From contig CAVXYC010000020.1 in the NCBI GenBank assembly GCA_963765765.1, positions 768,001 through 832,000 on the forward strand: a stretch of 64,000 bases of DNA. The letters run 5' to 3'. Below are positions 30,997-41,610 of this stretch, piece by piece. Under the pieces are notes generated by a model. It ran no database searches and was not told the DNA's origin. It saw nothing but the letters and a program-made list of their open reading frames with translations. The DNA is from an uncultured Chloroflexia bacterium. Its GTDB lineage: Bacteria > Chloroflexota > UBA6077 > JACCZL01. The translations under genes and the position numbers were made by a program. Positions within the stretch are counted from its first letter, which is position 1; each line of letters starts with the position of its first letter.

Positions 30997-31063
30997 CCCT
31001 GAGCTAGCTACCTTCGCGACTCCGAAACGACTCCATGTACCCATCACGGAAAGGCACCACTGG

Positions 31064-31519
31064 ATGAAGATCGAAAAGAGGCTCGACGAGCTTGGACTCA
31101 CCCTTGAGGAGACGATCCGCACCGGCAACGTTTTGGGAGCGGTCCAAGTAGGCAACCTCCTCTTCATTTCGGGACACGGACCCACCCGTGGTGGGAAGCC
31201 CGCTTTTGTCGGTCGCGTTGGAGCCGAGCTCACCAAAGAGCAAGGTTACGAGGCTGCCCGCCTCGTTGCGGTCAACTGCCTGGCATCCGCAAAGTCAGTG
31301 ATTGGCGATCTCGACCGTGTCAAGCGCGTGGTGAAAGTGCTCGGCATGGTGATGTGCATCGAGGGTTTCACCGAAACGCCACAAGTCGTGCACGGATTCT
31401 CCGACTTGCTCGTGGAGCTGTACGGCGAGAACGGCAAGCACGCTCGTTCGGCAGTGGGCATGCAGCAACTCCCCAACAACATTCCGGTCGAAATCGAAAT
31501 GATTCTCGAAATTGAGTGA
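31064..31519 (+). CDS. RidA/YjgF-family protein
   Basis: LLFISGHGP, HARSAVG, PVEIE. Confidence 0.9.
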   Translation: MKIEKRLDELGLTLEETIRTGNVLGAVQVGNLLFISGHGPTRGGKPAFVGRVGAELTKEQGYEAARLVAVNCLASAKSVIGDLDRVKRVVKVLGMVMCIEGFTETPQVVHGFSDLLVELYGENGKHARSAVGMQQLPNNIPVEIEMILEIE

Positions 31520-31598
31520 GGGGAGCTCTCAGATCCAACCAGTAATGGCCGTCGTTCGAACGCACTTCGAAAAGCAGCTCAGAGAGAGATTGACCTCG

Positions 31599-32812
31599 AT
31601 GACAACAACCTACGTTGGCAACACTGGCCTGGTTGACGATTTCCGAGATCTAGTGCTTACCGGCCCGGACACCCTGGGCGGCAAGATGCTGCGGCGGTTC
31701 TGGCATCCCGTGGTGTACAGCCACGAACTGGAAGCCGGTCGAGCCATGCCGCTTACGCACCTGAACGAGCAGTTCACGCTCTATCGCGGCGAGAGCGGCA
31801 AGCCTCACATCGTGGGATTCAATTGTCCGCACCGTAAGACCCAGCTCTCAGTGGGCTGGGTTGAGGGTGAAGACGTCCGCTGCTTCTATCACGGCTGGAT
31901 GTTCAACGGCCGCGGCGAGTGCGTGGCTCAGCCTGCCGAGCCGCAGCCGTTCTGCGAGAAGGTGCGCATCCCCGCCTATCACGCCGAAGAGTACCTGGGG
32001 ATGATCTTTGTCTATGTTGGCGAAGGCGAGCCGCCACCGCTCCCCCGCTATCCCGAGTTCGAGTATCCCGATCGGATTGAGGCGACGGAAGAGAGCTTCG
32101 TGCGAGGCTGCAACTGGTTCCAGGGCGTTGAAAACGGGACAGACCAGGTGCACGGATTATTTGTCCACGCCCGCGGCGAGCGCGACGGTCGACTCAAGAA
32201 ATTCCCGTTGCCGGACTGGGAAGAGCATGACTGGGGCGTCGATGCCGCCCGCGACGGCAAGACAGGTGGCGGCATCTTCTTTCCGAATCTCCACCCGTTC
32301 AGCAAGACGATCGACGATCCATCCATTGACCTTGGCGGCCCACTCCCAACGCTCGTTTGGGAGATCCCGGTGGACGACTACACCCATCGCCAAATCGGCG
32401 TTCAGCGACTTCCAAGGCCCAAGGATGACCCACTGATCCGCGAATACCACGCCAATCGAGCCGAGCGATACGCCCGCTATGAGCCCGTGGCGCCGATCTC
32501 CGCAGCCGTGCTCGAGGGGCGTATGCATCGCGAGGACGTAGGCCTGAATCGGACACACACGTTCACCTTTGAGGACGACCTGGCCCAGGTCGGTCAAGGA
32601 GCCATCGAGGACCGTCGGGGGGAACGGCTAGGCCGATCAGACACGGGCATCATCGCCGTTCGAAAGATCTGGCGACGCGAGCTCAATAAGCTGGCCACGG
32701 CCAGGCGTTGACGACCTTCCAATGGACGGCGCCCGAATCCTGGGACACCATGCAACCAGTCGCGGAGTCCGCTGTACCCAACTCCCAGCAGCTCGTCGAG
32801 GTGAGTGGCTGA
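31599..32812 (+). CDS. Rieske non-heme iron oxygenase (phthalate 4,5-dioxygenase/LigX-like); C-terminal indel ~32700
   Basis: CPHR...CFYHGW Rieske ligands; DQVHGLFVH and EDDLAQVGQG iron ligands; adding one G gives a tail homologous to the paralog. Confidence 0.9.
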
Positions 32813-32813
32813 C

Positions 32814-33991
32814 ATGACGCTGTACGCAACCAACGATACTTCCTCGCTCGAAGCCGATCCGCTCGATGAAGGCTTTGGGGCCCTGGTTCTCACCGGACGA
32901 GAGACGCTGGGAGGTTGGCTGCTCCGACGCTACTGGCACCCCGTTGCCTACGCGCATGAGCTGCCGCTAGGTAAAGCGTTGCCCCTCATGCTCATGACTG
33001 AGCGATTCACGCTTTATCGCGGCGAGAGCGGCAAGCTTACCTCGTGAGATTCAACTGCCCCCACCGCAGGACACAACTCTGAGTTAGCTAGTTGGAAGGC
33101 GAGGCGATTAGCTGCTTCTACCACGGATGGATGTTCAACGGTGAAGGGCAATGCATCGATCAGCCGGCGGAGCCCGCGCCATTCTGCGAAAAGGTCACCG
33201 TTCCGAGGTTCCATGCCGAGGAGTACCTCGGGTTGATCTTTGCTTACATCGGCCCTGGTGAGCCGCCGCCCCTACCGCGCTATCCCGAGTTTGAGATCTC
33301 CGATCGGATCGAGCCGAGCGAGGAGAGCTTCTTCCGCAAGTGCAACTGGTTCCAGGGCGTAGAGAACGGCGTGGACGAGACGCACGGCTGGTACGTGCAT
33401 ATTCGTGGTGAGAATGACGGACGCATCTAGCAGCCGCCGCTCATTCAAGCCGTGGAGAACGACTGGGGTGTCGCCACGGGTCGCAACAACGTTCCTGGTG
33501 GCGGCGTGGGCTTTCCAAATCTCCACCCTTTGACCAAGAAGATCGACGAGCCGGGACTGGACCTTCCGGCCTTGCCATCGCTGGTGTGGGAAGTGCCAAT
33601 CGATGATGAGACGCATCGCCAGATCGGCATTCAGCTCCTTCCATGGCCTATGGACGACCCGCGCATCCGTGACTACCACGTTCGCCGTAAGGCCCGATTC
33701 GATTCACATGAGTTGAAGCCGATGCCGATGTCCGACGCAGTCCTGGCGGGCAAGGTGAATCGGCACGATCTGGATCTCTCCAGGACTCATGCCTTCACCT
33801 TTGAAGATGACCTGGCGCAGGTTGGCCAGGGGCGTATCGAAGATCGGCGGGGCGAGCGACTCGGGCGCACCGATGCTGGCGTGATCCTGATGCGGAAAAT
33901 CTGGCAGCGAGAGCTCCGTGCATTTGCAAGCGGAGCGTCCCTTAAGCAGTGGCGGTGGATTCCGCCCGAGACGTGGGGCGCGCAAGCATGA
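32814..33991 (+). pseudogene. Second Rieske oxygenase paralog with one frameshift and three in-frame stops
   Basis: Colinear with the upstream paralog; deletion ~33036, TGA 33080, TAG 33089, TAG 33428. Confidence 0.8.
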
Positions 33992-34030
33992 CCCCCCGAT
34001 TCGTCAGGTACTCGAGATCTCTGGAGCTAC

Positions 34031-35139
34031 ATGAAATCACGCATCGTTGTTCTGCAGCGTCGTTGCCAGCATGCTCCTTGCAGCGTGCAGCAGCGCCCCG
34101 GCCGCCGCTCCGCCAGCCGTGGCTCCCGCCGCGACGGGTCCCGAAACATCGGCTGCTGCGCCAACCGCCGCGGCCGCGGCGGCACCTTCGACAAGCGCTC
34201 TTGCCGCGAAGGCCCCGCTCGAAGAAAATGAGCTCCAGCTCACATTCGTGGCCAATGTTCAGTACTACGGCATTAGCTACGCCGCAAAGACCGGGCATCT
34301 TCGAGAAGAACGGGCTGAGCGTGGATTACAAGCCGGGCGGCGCAGGAGTCGACTCACTTCGCATGGCTGCGGCGGCGCTGCCGATGTGGGCTTTGCCGAT
34401 GCGACTTCCCTGCTCGTTGCCATTGCAAATAGCGGTGCGGACCTAACCGTCTTCGGTGCGGACTTCCAGAAATCGCCCAACTCGGTGATGTGCCGCGACG
34501 ATCGCGGAATAAAGATGTTCTCCGACATCAAAGGCAAGAACATCGGGCTGAAGCCCAACGCGGTCAACACGTTCCCGATGTTGCTTGCTCGCAACAGCAT
34601 GACGACTGAGGACATCAAGTCCACCCCAATCGGACTCACCGACATCACGCCCATCATCGCGGGGACCATCGACTGTCAGTTCTCCGCCTTCTTCTTCAAT
34701 GAGCCGATCACGGTTCGAAAGAACGGCGTGACGCCGGTCAACTTTCTGATCACCGATCACGGGATGCCATCTCAAGCACAGGTGCTGGTAACTCAGCCCG
34801 AGAAGATTCAGGCAGACCCTGCCGCCTACGTCGCCTTTATTAAATCGGTGCAGGAATCCTGGGAAACATTCATCAAGGATCCCGAAGCCGCTGCTCGATG
34901 GGTGGTAGACAACCGGCGCCGTGGACGGCCTGGACGTGGAACAGCAGATTGAACAGGCCAAGGCTGAGGTAGAGCTCATCAAACCGTCGGGAATGGTCAA
35001 GCCTCTGCTGTCGCTGGAGCCTGACGTCTGGAAGGAAACGCTGAAAGCGGCTCAGGACGCAGGAACGATCGCCCCAGACGCCAGCATCGATCTCGCCAGG
35101 ATTTTGAACACCGACATCGTCACGCAGGCCAGCAAATAA
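34031..35139 (+). CDS. NMT1/THI5-like ABC substrate-binding lipoprotein (several indels)
   Basis: Lipobox LAAC; G.FEKNGLSV..KPGG, ADVGFA, DIKGKNIG, FNEP. Confidence 0.78.
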
Positions 35140-35162
35140 CTCACACACGGAGACATCGACCA

Positions 35163-35466
35163 ATGGAATGGCAGTTTTCCCGAACCTATACTGACGAGAA
35201 CGGCGTCACGCGCATCGAAGAGCTGACGTTCGAGAAGAACCCGGAGCTCAAAACGCTGCAGGCGGCCAAAGGCATCCGCTTCAACGTCTCACGAGCCCGG
35301 CACCTTCCGCGACTACCACGTCCAGCAGAATCCCCACCATCGGATCACCTCCAAGGTAGGCGAGATCCGCATCACGGACGGCACGAAGTTCCACATCAGC
35401 CCCGGTCACGTAAACTTCGCCACCGCAACGACCGGCGAAGGCCACACCAGCCGAGTGGTTGGCTGA
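35163..35466 (+). CDS. Small cupin-like protein (frameshifted or degenerate)
   Basis: YTDENG N-terminus; second frame reads PGTFRDYH...DGTKFHISPG...TTGEGHTSRVVG. Confidence 0.6.
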
Positions 35467-35644
35467 CGTGCCCAGGATTACGGACACGATACGCTCGGCG
35501 AAGAAGAACGCAGGCATCGACGGCGATGTCCAGAGTTGTTTTCTCTGCAAAGAGCTTATTGTCATCCTGAGCGCAGCGCTCGATGACAGGGCCCGTCATC
35601 GCTCTCACCTTCCAACACGGCGGGATCAGTCGGCGGGATCGCTC

Positions 35645-36452
35645 CTAGAGTGACTGCGCCCGACACTCCAACTCGATCACCTCCGCTCGTGACATCGTCT
35701 CCAGATACTCCTCGGCCGATCGATACAACTTGTCGGGCACCAGCCGAGCGGTAATCGGGAAGACCAGGCCGGATTTGTCGAACGGATACGGGTCTAGTGC
35801 AAGAGAATAGTCTCCACGCGATACACACTGAAGCGTCATCGACGACCCGTCGGGCAGGGTCACGGGTGCGATGTCACCACTGCTCGCCTGTCTGAACACA
35901 TATTGCAGCGAAAGACGATCCCATACCTGGAGTAAGAGGTAGTTGCGCCAGACGCTCGGATCATGCGTGACGTGTGTACTTCGGTCGATGCCGGCGATTC
36001 GCTCCGCCAGCGATTGTTGGAACGTCGCCTGCTCGGCGAGAAACTCATCTACCAGCACTCGCTCTTCCGCGCTGAAGTGCTGCTCGGCCAGACGGAATGT
36101 GCCGTACCGATCGTTAGAGAGTCCCGCCCCGTGCATACTTACGAGAAGCCCGGTGTATGGATCGACTTCGGCCGCGGCCTGAATTCCGCGCCGATACAGT
36201 GGCACATGCTCATGCGGTGTTAGTCGAAAGAACTGGTAGGGCTGTCCCGTGGAGGGATCGAGCGAAGTCTCATGATCATCCCACTGAATCCAGCCGTTGT
36301 CATGCCTCGTGGCGGCCTCGATAACTGGGTGTGACGGCTCGTAGGCAGGCGTGCCCTCGTTCCCCCAATGCCTCGCAAAATCACCAGCTTGAAGCCCGTG
36401 GTCCGGCTCGTCGAATGGCGAGCCAACGATCCTTAACCTTGCTGAAAATCAT
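35645..36452 (-). CDS. DUF3891-family protein (indels in 5' part)
   Basis: DHG.QAGDFARHWGN, HDNGW, DPYTGLLVSMH, WDRLSL, LDPYPF. Confidence 0.75.
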
Positions 36453-36587
36453 GTGCGTGCTCCCCGTCTAAGATCTTCAGGATTCTAGGAGTCGTTAACT
36501 AATTGCCACATTGGACGCGCCGTATAGCTTGCATCCGCGTACAACAAGCTCGGTCATTCCTGGGTTGTGTCTGGCGAGCACGGAGAT

Positions 36588-36850
36588 TCATGGAATGGCC
36601 TCGGGGTCCGCGACCTTATCGAACGAATTCTCACTCGGCGTGCGAATCATTCGGTGGCATTCGCACGCCGCCCGCTCGACGTCACGCCGATCGATCACAG
36701 TGATCTGGCCACGACTGTATCGGATGTAGCCAAGCTCCTGGAGAGTGGCGGCAGCCGAGTTGACCGACGCAGCCCAACGCCCAGCATCTGAGCCAGGAAA
36801 TCCTGCGTCAGCGCGAACTGGTCGAGCCCGAGCTGATGCTGTGTCATGGA
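36588..36850 (-). pseudogene. Crp/Fnr-family regulator remnant (C-terminal HTH only)
   Basis: FALTQDFLAQMLGV...AAATLQELGYIRYSRGQITVIDRRDVERAACEC across a frameshift. Confidence 0.75.
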
Positions 36851-37363
36851 GGCCTTGCCAATGGTCGGTTCAACATTCGGGCCCAGATCCTAAGGTCATG
36901 CGACAACTCTGCTGTTAAAGCGCCCCGAGCGCTGGTTATCCAAACTGGTGACATTTCTCTCTGGGACGCTCGCTGTAGGCCATCCACGGTGGGACAGTGG
37001 TCTCTGCCTGTCCAGTCCCCGATCAATCCATGAATCTCTTGACAGTCGAGACGACTGTCCCATCAAAGACCTCGTCCGGCTCACGGATCTTCACAGCACC
37101 GGCCAAGACCGTTGTCCCGCCGACTCAGCGAGGGCATGGCTTTGAGGTGGACCCCAGTCGCCGGGGCGCGCCCAGACGCCCCGGCGATGCCGTAATCAGG
37201 ATGCTCCGCCTACCGATTCCGCGACTCTCCCGGAGCTGCGCCTATCGCGATTGTCACGTGATCGTTGCACAAGTTCCGTCGCACGCCATCGTTCCCGGTC
37301 GTCCCAGGGAAGCCAGATTACCGTGCTATCATCCCCGTGAGTAGGACGTTTTAGGGGGCGCTG

Positions 37364-37808
37364 GTGAAGCTCCAGGGACAGTATTCATTTCCGGCTCGAC
37401 CGCGAGCAGGTCTGGAAGCTCATGCTCGATCCGGAGTCGCTGAAGCAATGCGTGCCCGGTTGCGAATCGCTGGAGGCGACTGACGCGGACCAATATCAGG
37501 TCACATTGAAGGTTGGTGTCGCGGCGATTCGGGGAACGTACAAAGGCAAGATCGCCATTGTGGACAAGGTTGAGCCCTCGAGTTACCGCTTGCGCGTTGA
37601 AGGGAAGGGCGGACCGGGTTTCGTGCGCGGTGATGCTTCCATCACGCTAGAGGAGGATGGCGGAGAGACCAGAGTGATGGTTGACGCCGATGGCAATGTG
37701 GGCGGCACCGTTGCCGGTGTTGGGCAGCGTATGCTGGGCGGCGTGGCGAAGATGTTGATGGACCAGTTCTTCAACTGTCTGAAATCGCGGGTTCCCGCCC
37801 GAGCCTAA
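37364..37808 (+). CDS. coxG: CoxG/SRPBCC protein (indel near 5' end)
   Basis: REQVW..MLDPESLKQCVPGCESL, VGG.VAGVGQRM. Confidence 0.88.
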
Positions 37809-37810
37809 CT

Positions 37811-39049
37811 ATGACCATGCGCCCAATGGCTACGCAGTCCCTGTACGAAATGGTGAGCGTCGCGCAAGCGAAGGAGATCATCAACCGCTTCGCGCGGCCG
37901 CTGAGTACTGAAACGATTAATGCGTTAGAGGCACGTGGGCGCGTGTTGGCTGAGCGCGTTGTGTCCAGTGAGAATCTGCCACCTGCGCATCGATCCGCCG
38001 TGGATGGCTACGCGGTTCTCGGTTCGGATGGACAGTCTCCGCGCAGAGTCCTGGGCGAGATCACCGCCGGCCACGTACTGGATCAAACCATCACTCCGGG
38101 CACGGCGCTACGAATCATGACTGGTGGACTCCTCCCGCCAGGCGCAGATACGGTCGTGATGGTGGAGGACACCGAAGAGCACGACGGGACCGTCGAGTTT
38201 CACGCACCGGTCAACACCGGCTGGAACGTCCATGCGCCCGGCCTGGACCTCACCCACGGACAGGTCGTCTTCGAACCGGGAACGGTGCTCGGTCCACCGG
38301 AGATTGGCATGCTGGCAACCATGGGCCACGTCAATGTCTCCGTGTATCGCCGACCGAGTGTTTCCATGCTGGCCACCGGCGACGAGCTGGTGGAGCCGTG
38401 GGAAGAACCGCCATACGGCGCCATTCGGGATAGCAACAGATACGCCGTCCTGGCGGCGGCGGCGGAAGCCGGTGCTTCATCATCGTGGAACCGGATCGTC
38501 CACGACGATGAAGAGGCAACACGCGCCGCGATCGTTGAAGGCATTAACGCCGCTGATGTGCTGCTTTCCTCCGGCGGTGTCTCCATGGGCACGCGGGACC
38601 TTATTAAGCCGATCCTGGAGGAGCTAGGCACGGTGCAATTTGGACGCGTGTCGTTCAAGCCAGGGAAACCGCTCACGTTCGCCACGGTAGGCGACAAGCT
38701 CGTCTTCGGACTCCCAGGATTTCCGGTGTCGTCTCTGGTCACATTCGAGGTCTTCGTTCGACCAGCCCTTCTTCGAATGCAGGGTCACCCGTCACCGGAA
38801 CGCCCGCGGGTGCACGTCCGTATCCAACAGCCAATCCGACTGGATCCATCTCGACCGGAGTATCAGCGCGCATTCATCAGGTGGCAAAACGGCGAACTGG
38901 TGTCATCGCCAACCGGGGTGCAAGCATCCAGCCGACTGATGTCCATGGTCGGCGCCAACGCCCTCCTCGAGCTCGAGGCGCGCGAGGGCACACTCCAGCC
39001 TGGCGAGCTTGTCCCGGCGCTCCTGCTCGCCACTCCACCAAGCGACTAA
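37811..39049 (+). CDS. moeA: Molybdopterin molybdotransferase (gephyrin-like)
   Basis: SAVDGYA, IMTGG, TGDELV, SGGVSMG, KPGKP, GLPG. Confidence 0.93.
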   Translation: MTMRPMATQSLYEMVSVAQAKEIINRFARPLSTETINALEARGRVLAERVVSSENLPPAHRSAVDGYAVLGSDGQSPRRVLGEITAGHVLDQTITPGTALRIMTGGLLPPGADTVVMVEDTEEHDGTVEFHAPVNTGWNVHAPGLDLTHGQVVFEPGTVLGPPEIGMLATMGHVNVSVYRRPSVSMLATGDELVEPWEEPPYGAIRDSNRYAVLAAAAEAGASSSWNRIVHDDEEATRAAIVEGINAADVLLSSGGVSMGTRDLIKPILEELGTVQFGRVSFKPGKPLTFATVGDKLVFGLPGFPVSSLVTFEVFVRPALLRMQGHPSPERPRVHVRIQQPIRLDPSRPEYQRAFIRWQNGELVSSPTGVQASSRLMSMVGANALLELEAREGTLQPGELVPALLLATPPSD

Positions 39050-39061
39050 TCCGACACATTG

Positions 39062-39137
39062 GTGAGACAGCCGTCTTTGGCTGTCCAGCGTTGCTCCGCC
39101 TCCATGATTCATGAACAGCCAGAGACGGCTGTTCTAC
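39062..39137. repeat. REP doublet, family D
   Basis: GTGAGACAGCCGTCTTTGGCTGTCC ... GAACAGCCAGAGACGGCTGTTCTAC (reverse complement begins GTAG plus palindrome). Confidence 0.75.
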
Positions 39138-39166
39138 CGGTACGGGTCATCCTTGTACAGGGCCTT

Positions 39167-39175
39167 TGCTATACT
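39167..39175 (+). promoter_or_regulatory. Extended -10 promoter candidate (TGCTATACT)
   Basis: Near-consensus, upstream of coxD. Confidence 0.55.
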
Positions 39176-39241
39176 TCGAAATCGCGTGCGATAGCCTCTT
39201 CGGTGAATCGTGCGCTCTGACCGTCTCAAAGGGAGGGACGC

Positions 39242-40150
39242 GTGATCGAGGGCATCCGCCGCATCCAGGACATGATGGAGCGGCAGATCTACATTACAGA
39301 CCGCGCTATCGCGACGACGACGTACCTGGCGAGCGAGCTGCGCAAAGCCCGTGCTGATCGAGGGCCAGGCAGGCGTCGGCAAGACCGAGATCGCCAAGGT
39401 GCTCGCGACCGCGCCTGGACACCGAGCTGATTCGGCTGCAGTGCTATGAGGGCCTGGACGTCAATACCGCGCTCTACGAGTGGAACTATCCGAAGCAGAT
39501 GCTGCGGATCAAGATGGAAGAGGGCGGCGACAATCTCGGTCGAGGACCAGGAGACGCACATCTTCAGCGAGACTTCCTGCTGAAGCGGCCGCTCCTGCGG
39601 GCGATCAGTGCGAAGGACAAGTCGCCGGTCCTGCTGATCGACGAGGTCGACCGCGCGGACGAGGAGTTCGAGGCGTTCCTCCTCGAAGTGCTGTCCGACT
39701 TCCAGGTCACCATCCCCGAGCTTGGCACGATCAAGTGCCGAGCACCGCCCGTACGTGGTGCTGACCTCGAACCGGACCCGTGAGCTTGCGCGACGCGTCT
39801 CAAGCGCCGCTGCATGTACCTGTGGATCGACTATCCGGACTTCGCCAAGGAGCTGCGGATCATCACCACCAAGATCCCGAACATCAACGAGCGGCTGGCG
39901 CGGCAGGTCGCGGCGTTCATGCAGGCGATCCGCCAGGTCAAGCTCTGACCAAGACCCCGGCGTCGCCGAGACGCTGGACTGGGCGATGAGCATGATGGCG
40001 CTGCACCAGGATCACCTCGATCCGGAGACCGTGCGCGAGACGCTCGGCGTCATTCATCAAGGATCGCGACGACGTCACCAAGATGCGCGGCAAGCCGCTG
40101 GATTCATCCTGGTCGGCATGGATACGCGGACAGAGGAAGAGGATCTCAAC
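39242..40150 (+). CDS. coxD: MoxR-family AAA+ ATPase (CoxD-like), heavily frameshifted; end approximate
   Basis: EG.AGVGKTE, RLQCYEGLD, YEWNY, LLIDEVDRADEEFEAFLLE.LSDFQVTIPELG, PGVAETLDW. Confidence 0.85.
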
Positions 40151-40153
40151 GCA

Positions 40154-41382
40154 ATGGATCCAGTCAGTCGACCCAGCGCCTGGAGCGGGAAATCGCCTCA
40201 CGCTAAAGAGCCGCGCCCGGCACGCGGATCTGCACTCGCAACGTCATCGCGTTCGGGCAGGAGCTTCGATCGCGCGAGCTGCTTGTCACACCTCACTGAG
40301 ATCGTCGACGCGCTACGGCGTCGATGTCCGTAGAAGTCGCGCGATCGCCGCGACGTCTATCTCGGCACGCGCACCGTCCTCACGTCTCGTCCCGAAGACA
40401 TGCCGATCTTCGACGAGGTCTTCGACAACTTCTGGCGGCGCATCGCCACCATCGACGAGGTGGACGATCCGAGAACCAACCCGGACGAGATGACGTCACA
40501 GGGCGAGGATGCGCCGACCTCCAAGAGGGCGGCGAGGGCCAGCAGCAGTTGCGGCTGACCAGCGCCGAGGGAGACGGCGGCGAGGGCGACGAAGAGGGCG
40601 ACGAGGAAGCGCTGCCGCTCTACAGCCCGGTCGAGATGTCTGGCAGCAAGGACTTCAGTCGGTTCCAGGCCGAGGAGATGACGCGAGATCGCCCGCGCGG
40701 TCCTCATCATCGCCAAACGCTGGCAACGCAGGAGAGCCGGCGGTACGCGTGTCGCGCAAGGGCATCCATGATCGATGCCCGCCGCACGATGCGCCGAAGA
40801 ACATGAAGTACGGCGGCACCATCATCGAGCTGGCGCGCAAGACGAGAAAAATCCGCAAGCCGCGGCTGGTGGTCATCTGCGACGTGAGCCGCTCGATGGA
40901 CACCTACAGCCGGTTCCTGCTCCAGTTCATCCACGCGATGCAGCACGTCATCGGCAAGGTGGAGTCGTTCGTGTTCAGTACCTCGCTGACGCGCGTGACG
41001 GAGTACTTCAAGAACGAGGACATTCAGAGTGCGCTGGACCGCATTGCGCGTGAGGTCCACGACTGGTCGGGCGGAACCCGGATCGGCCAGAGCCTGACGA
41101 CGTTCAACGAAGAGTGGTCACGCCAGACTCGTGGACAGGCACACCATCGTGGTGATCCTCAGCGACGGTCTGGATACCGGCGATGCGGAGATCCTCCGAA
41201 CGGCAATGGAAGAGCTTGCAGCTCGGGCCGGAAAGGTCGTCTGGCTCAATCCACTGCTCGGCAGCAAGGACTACCGTCCGCTGGCGCGTGGCATGAGTAC
41301 GGCTCTGCATCACATGGACGTGTTCGCGCCGGCCCACAACCTGGCCAGCCTGCAGGATCTGGGCAGACACTTAACGCTCTAA
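40154..41382 (+). CDS. coxE: VWA-domain CoxE-like protein, heavily frameshifted
   Basis: CDVSRSM (MIDAS), FSTSLTRVT, WSGGTRIG, SDGLDTGD, WLNPL. Confidence 0.85.
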
Positions 41383-41385
41383 AGG

Positions 41386-41452
41386 ACCAAAGGCCCTCAA
41401 GGACGCAGCGACATCTCGTTGTATGTCGCTGCCGTCCTTGAGGGCCTTTGGT
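41386..41452. terminator. Long hairpin immediately after coxE
   Basis: ~29-bp stem ACCAAAGGCCCTCAAGGACG-CAGCGACAT / ATGTCGCTGC-CGTCCTTGAGGGCCTTTGGT. Confidence 0.65.
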
Positions 41453-41610
41453 TCTACTCAACTCGTCTTCTGTCAATTGCGATATGACGTGATACCACTG
41501 TGATTGTCTGCACCTCAAACGAGACAGGCCCGTAACCGAGGCCACTGCAGAATCCTGGTTGTTGCCGCGCGCAGCTTACGCGCAGGTAAACCGCGAAGAG
41601 CGAGTGTCCA

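Noticed and set aside
33080-33430. Selenocysteine/pyrrolysine or stop-codon reassignment in the second Rieske gene
   Set aside because: The stops align to Ser, Trp and Lys of the paralog, occur together with a frameshift, and TAG/TGA end normal genes throughout the window.
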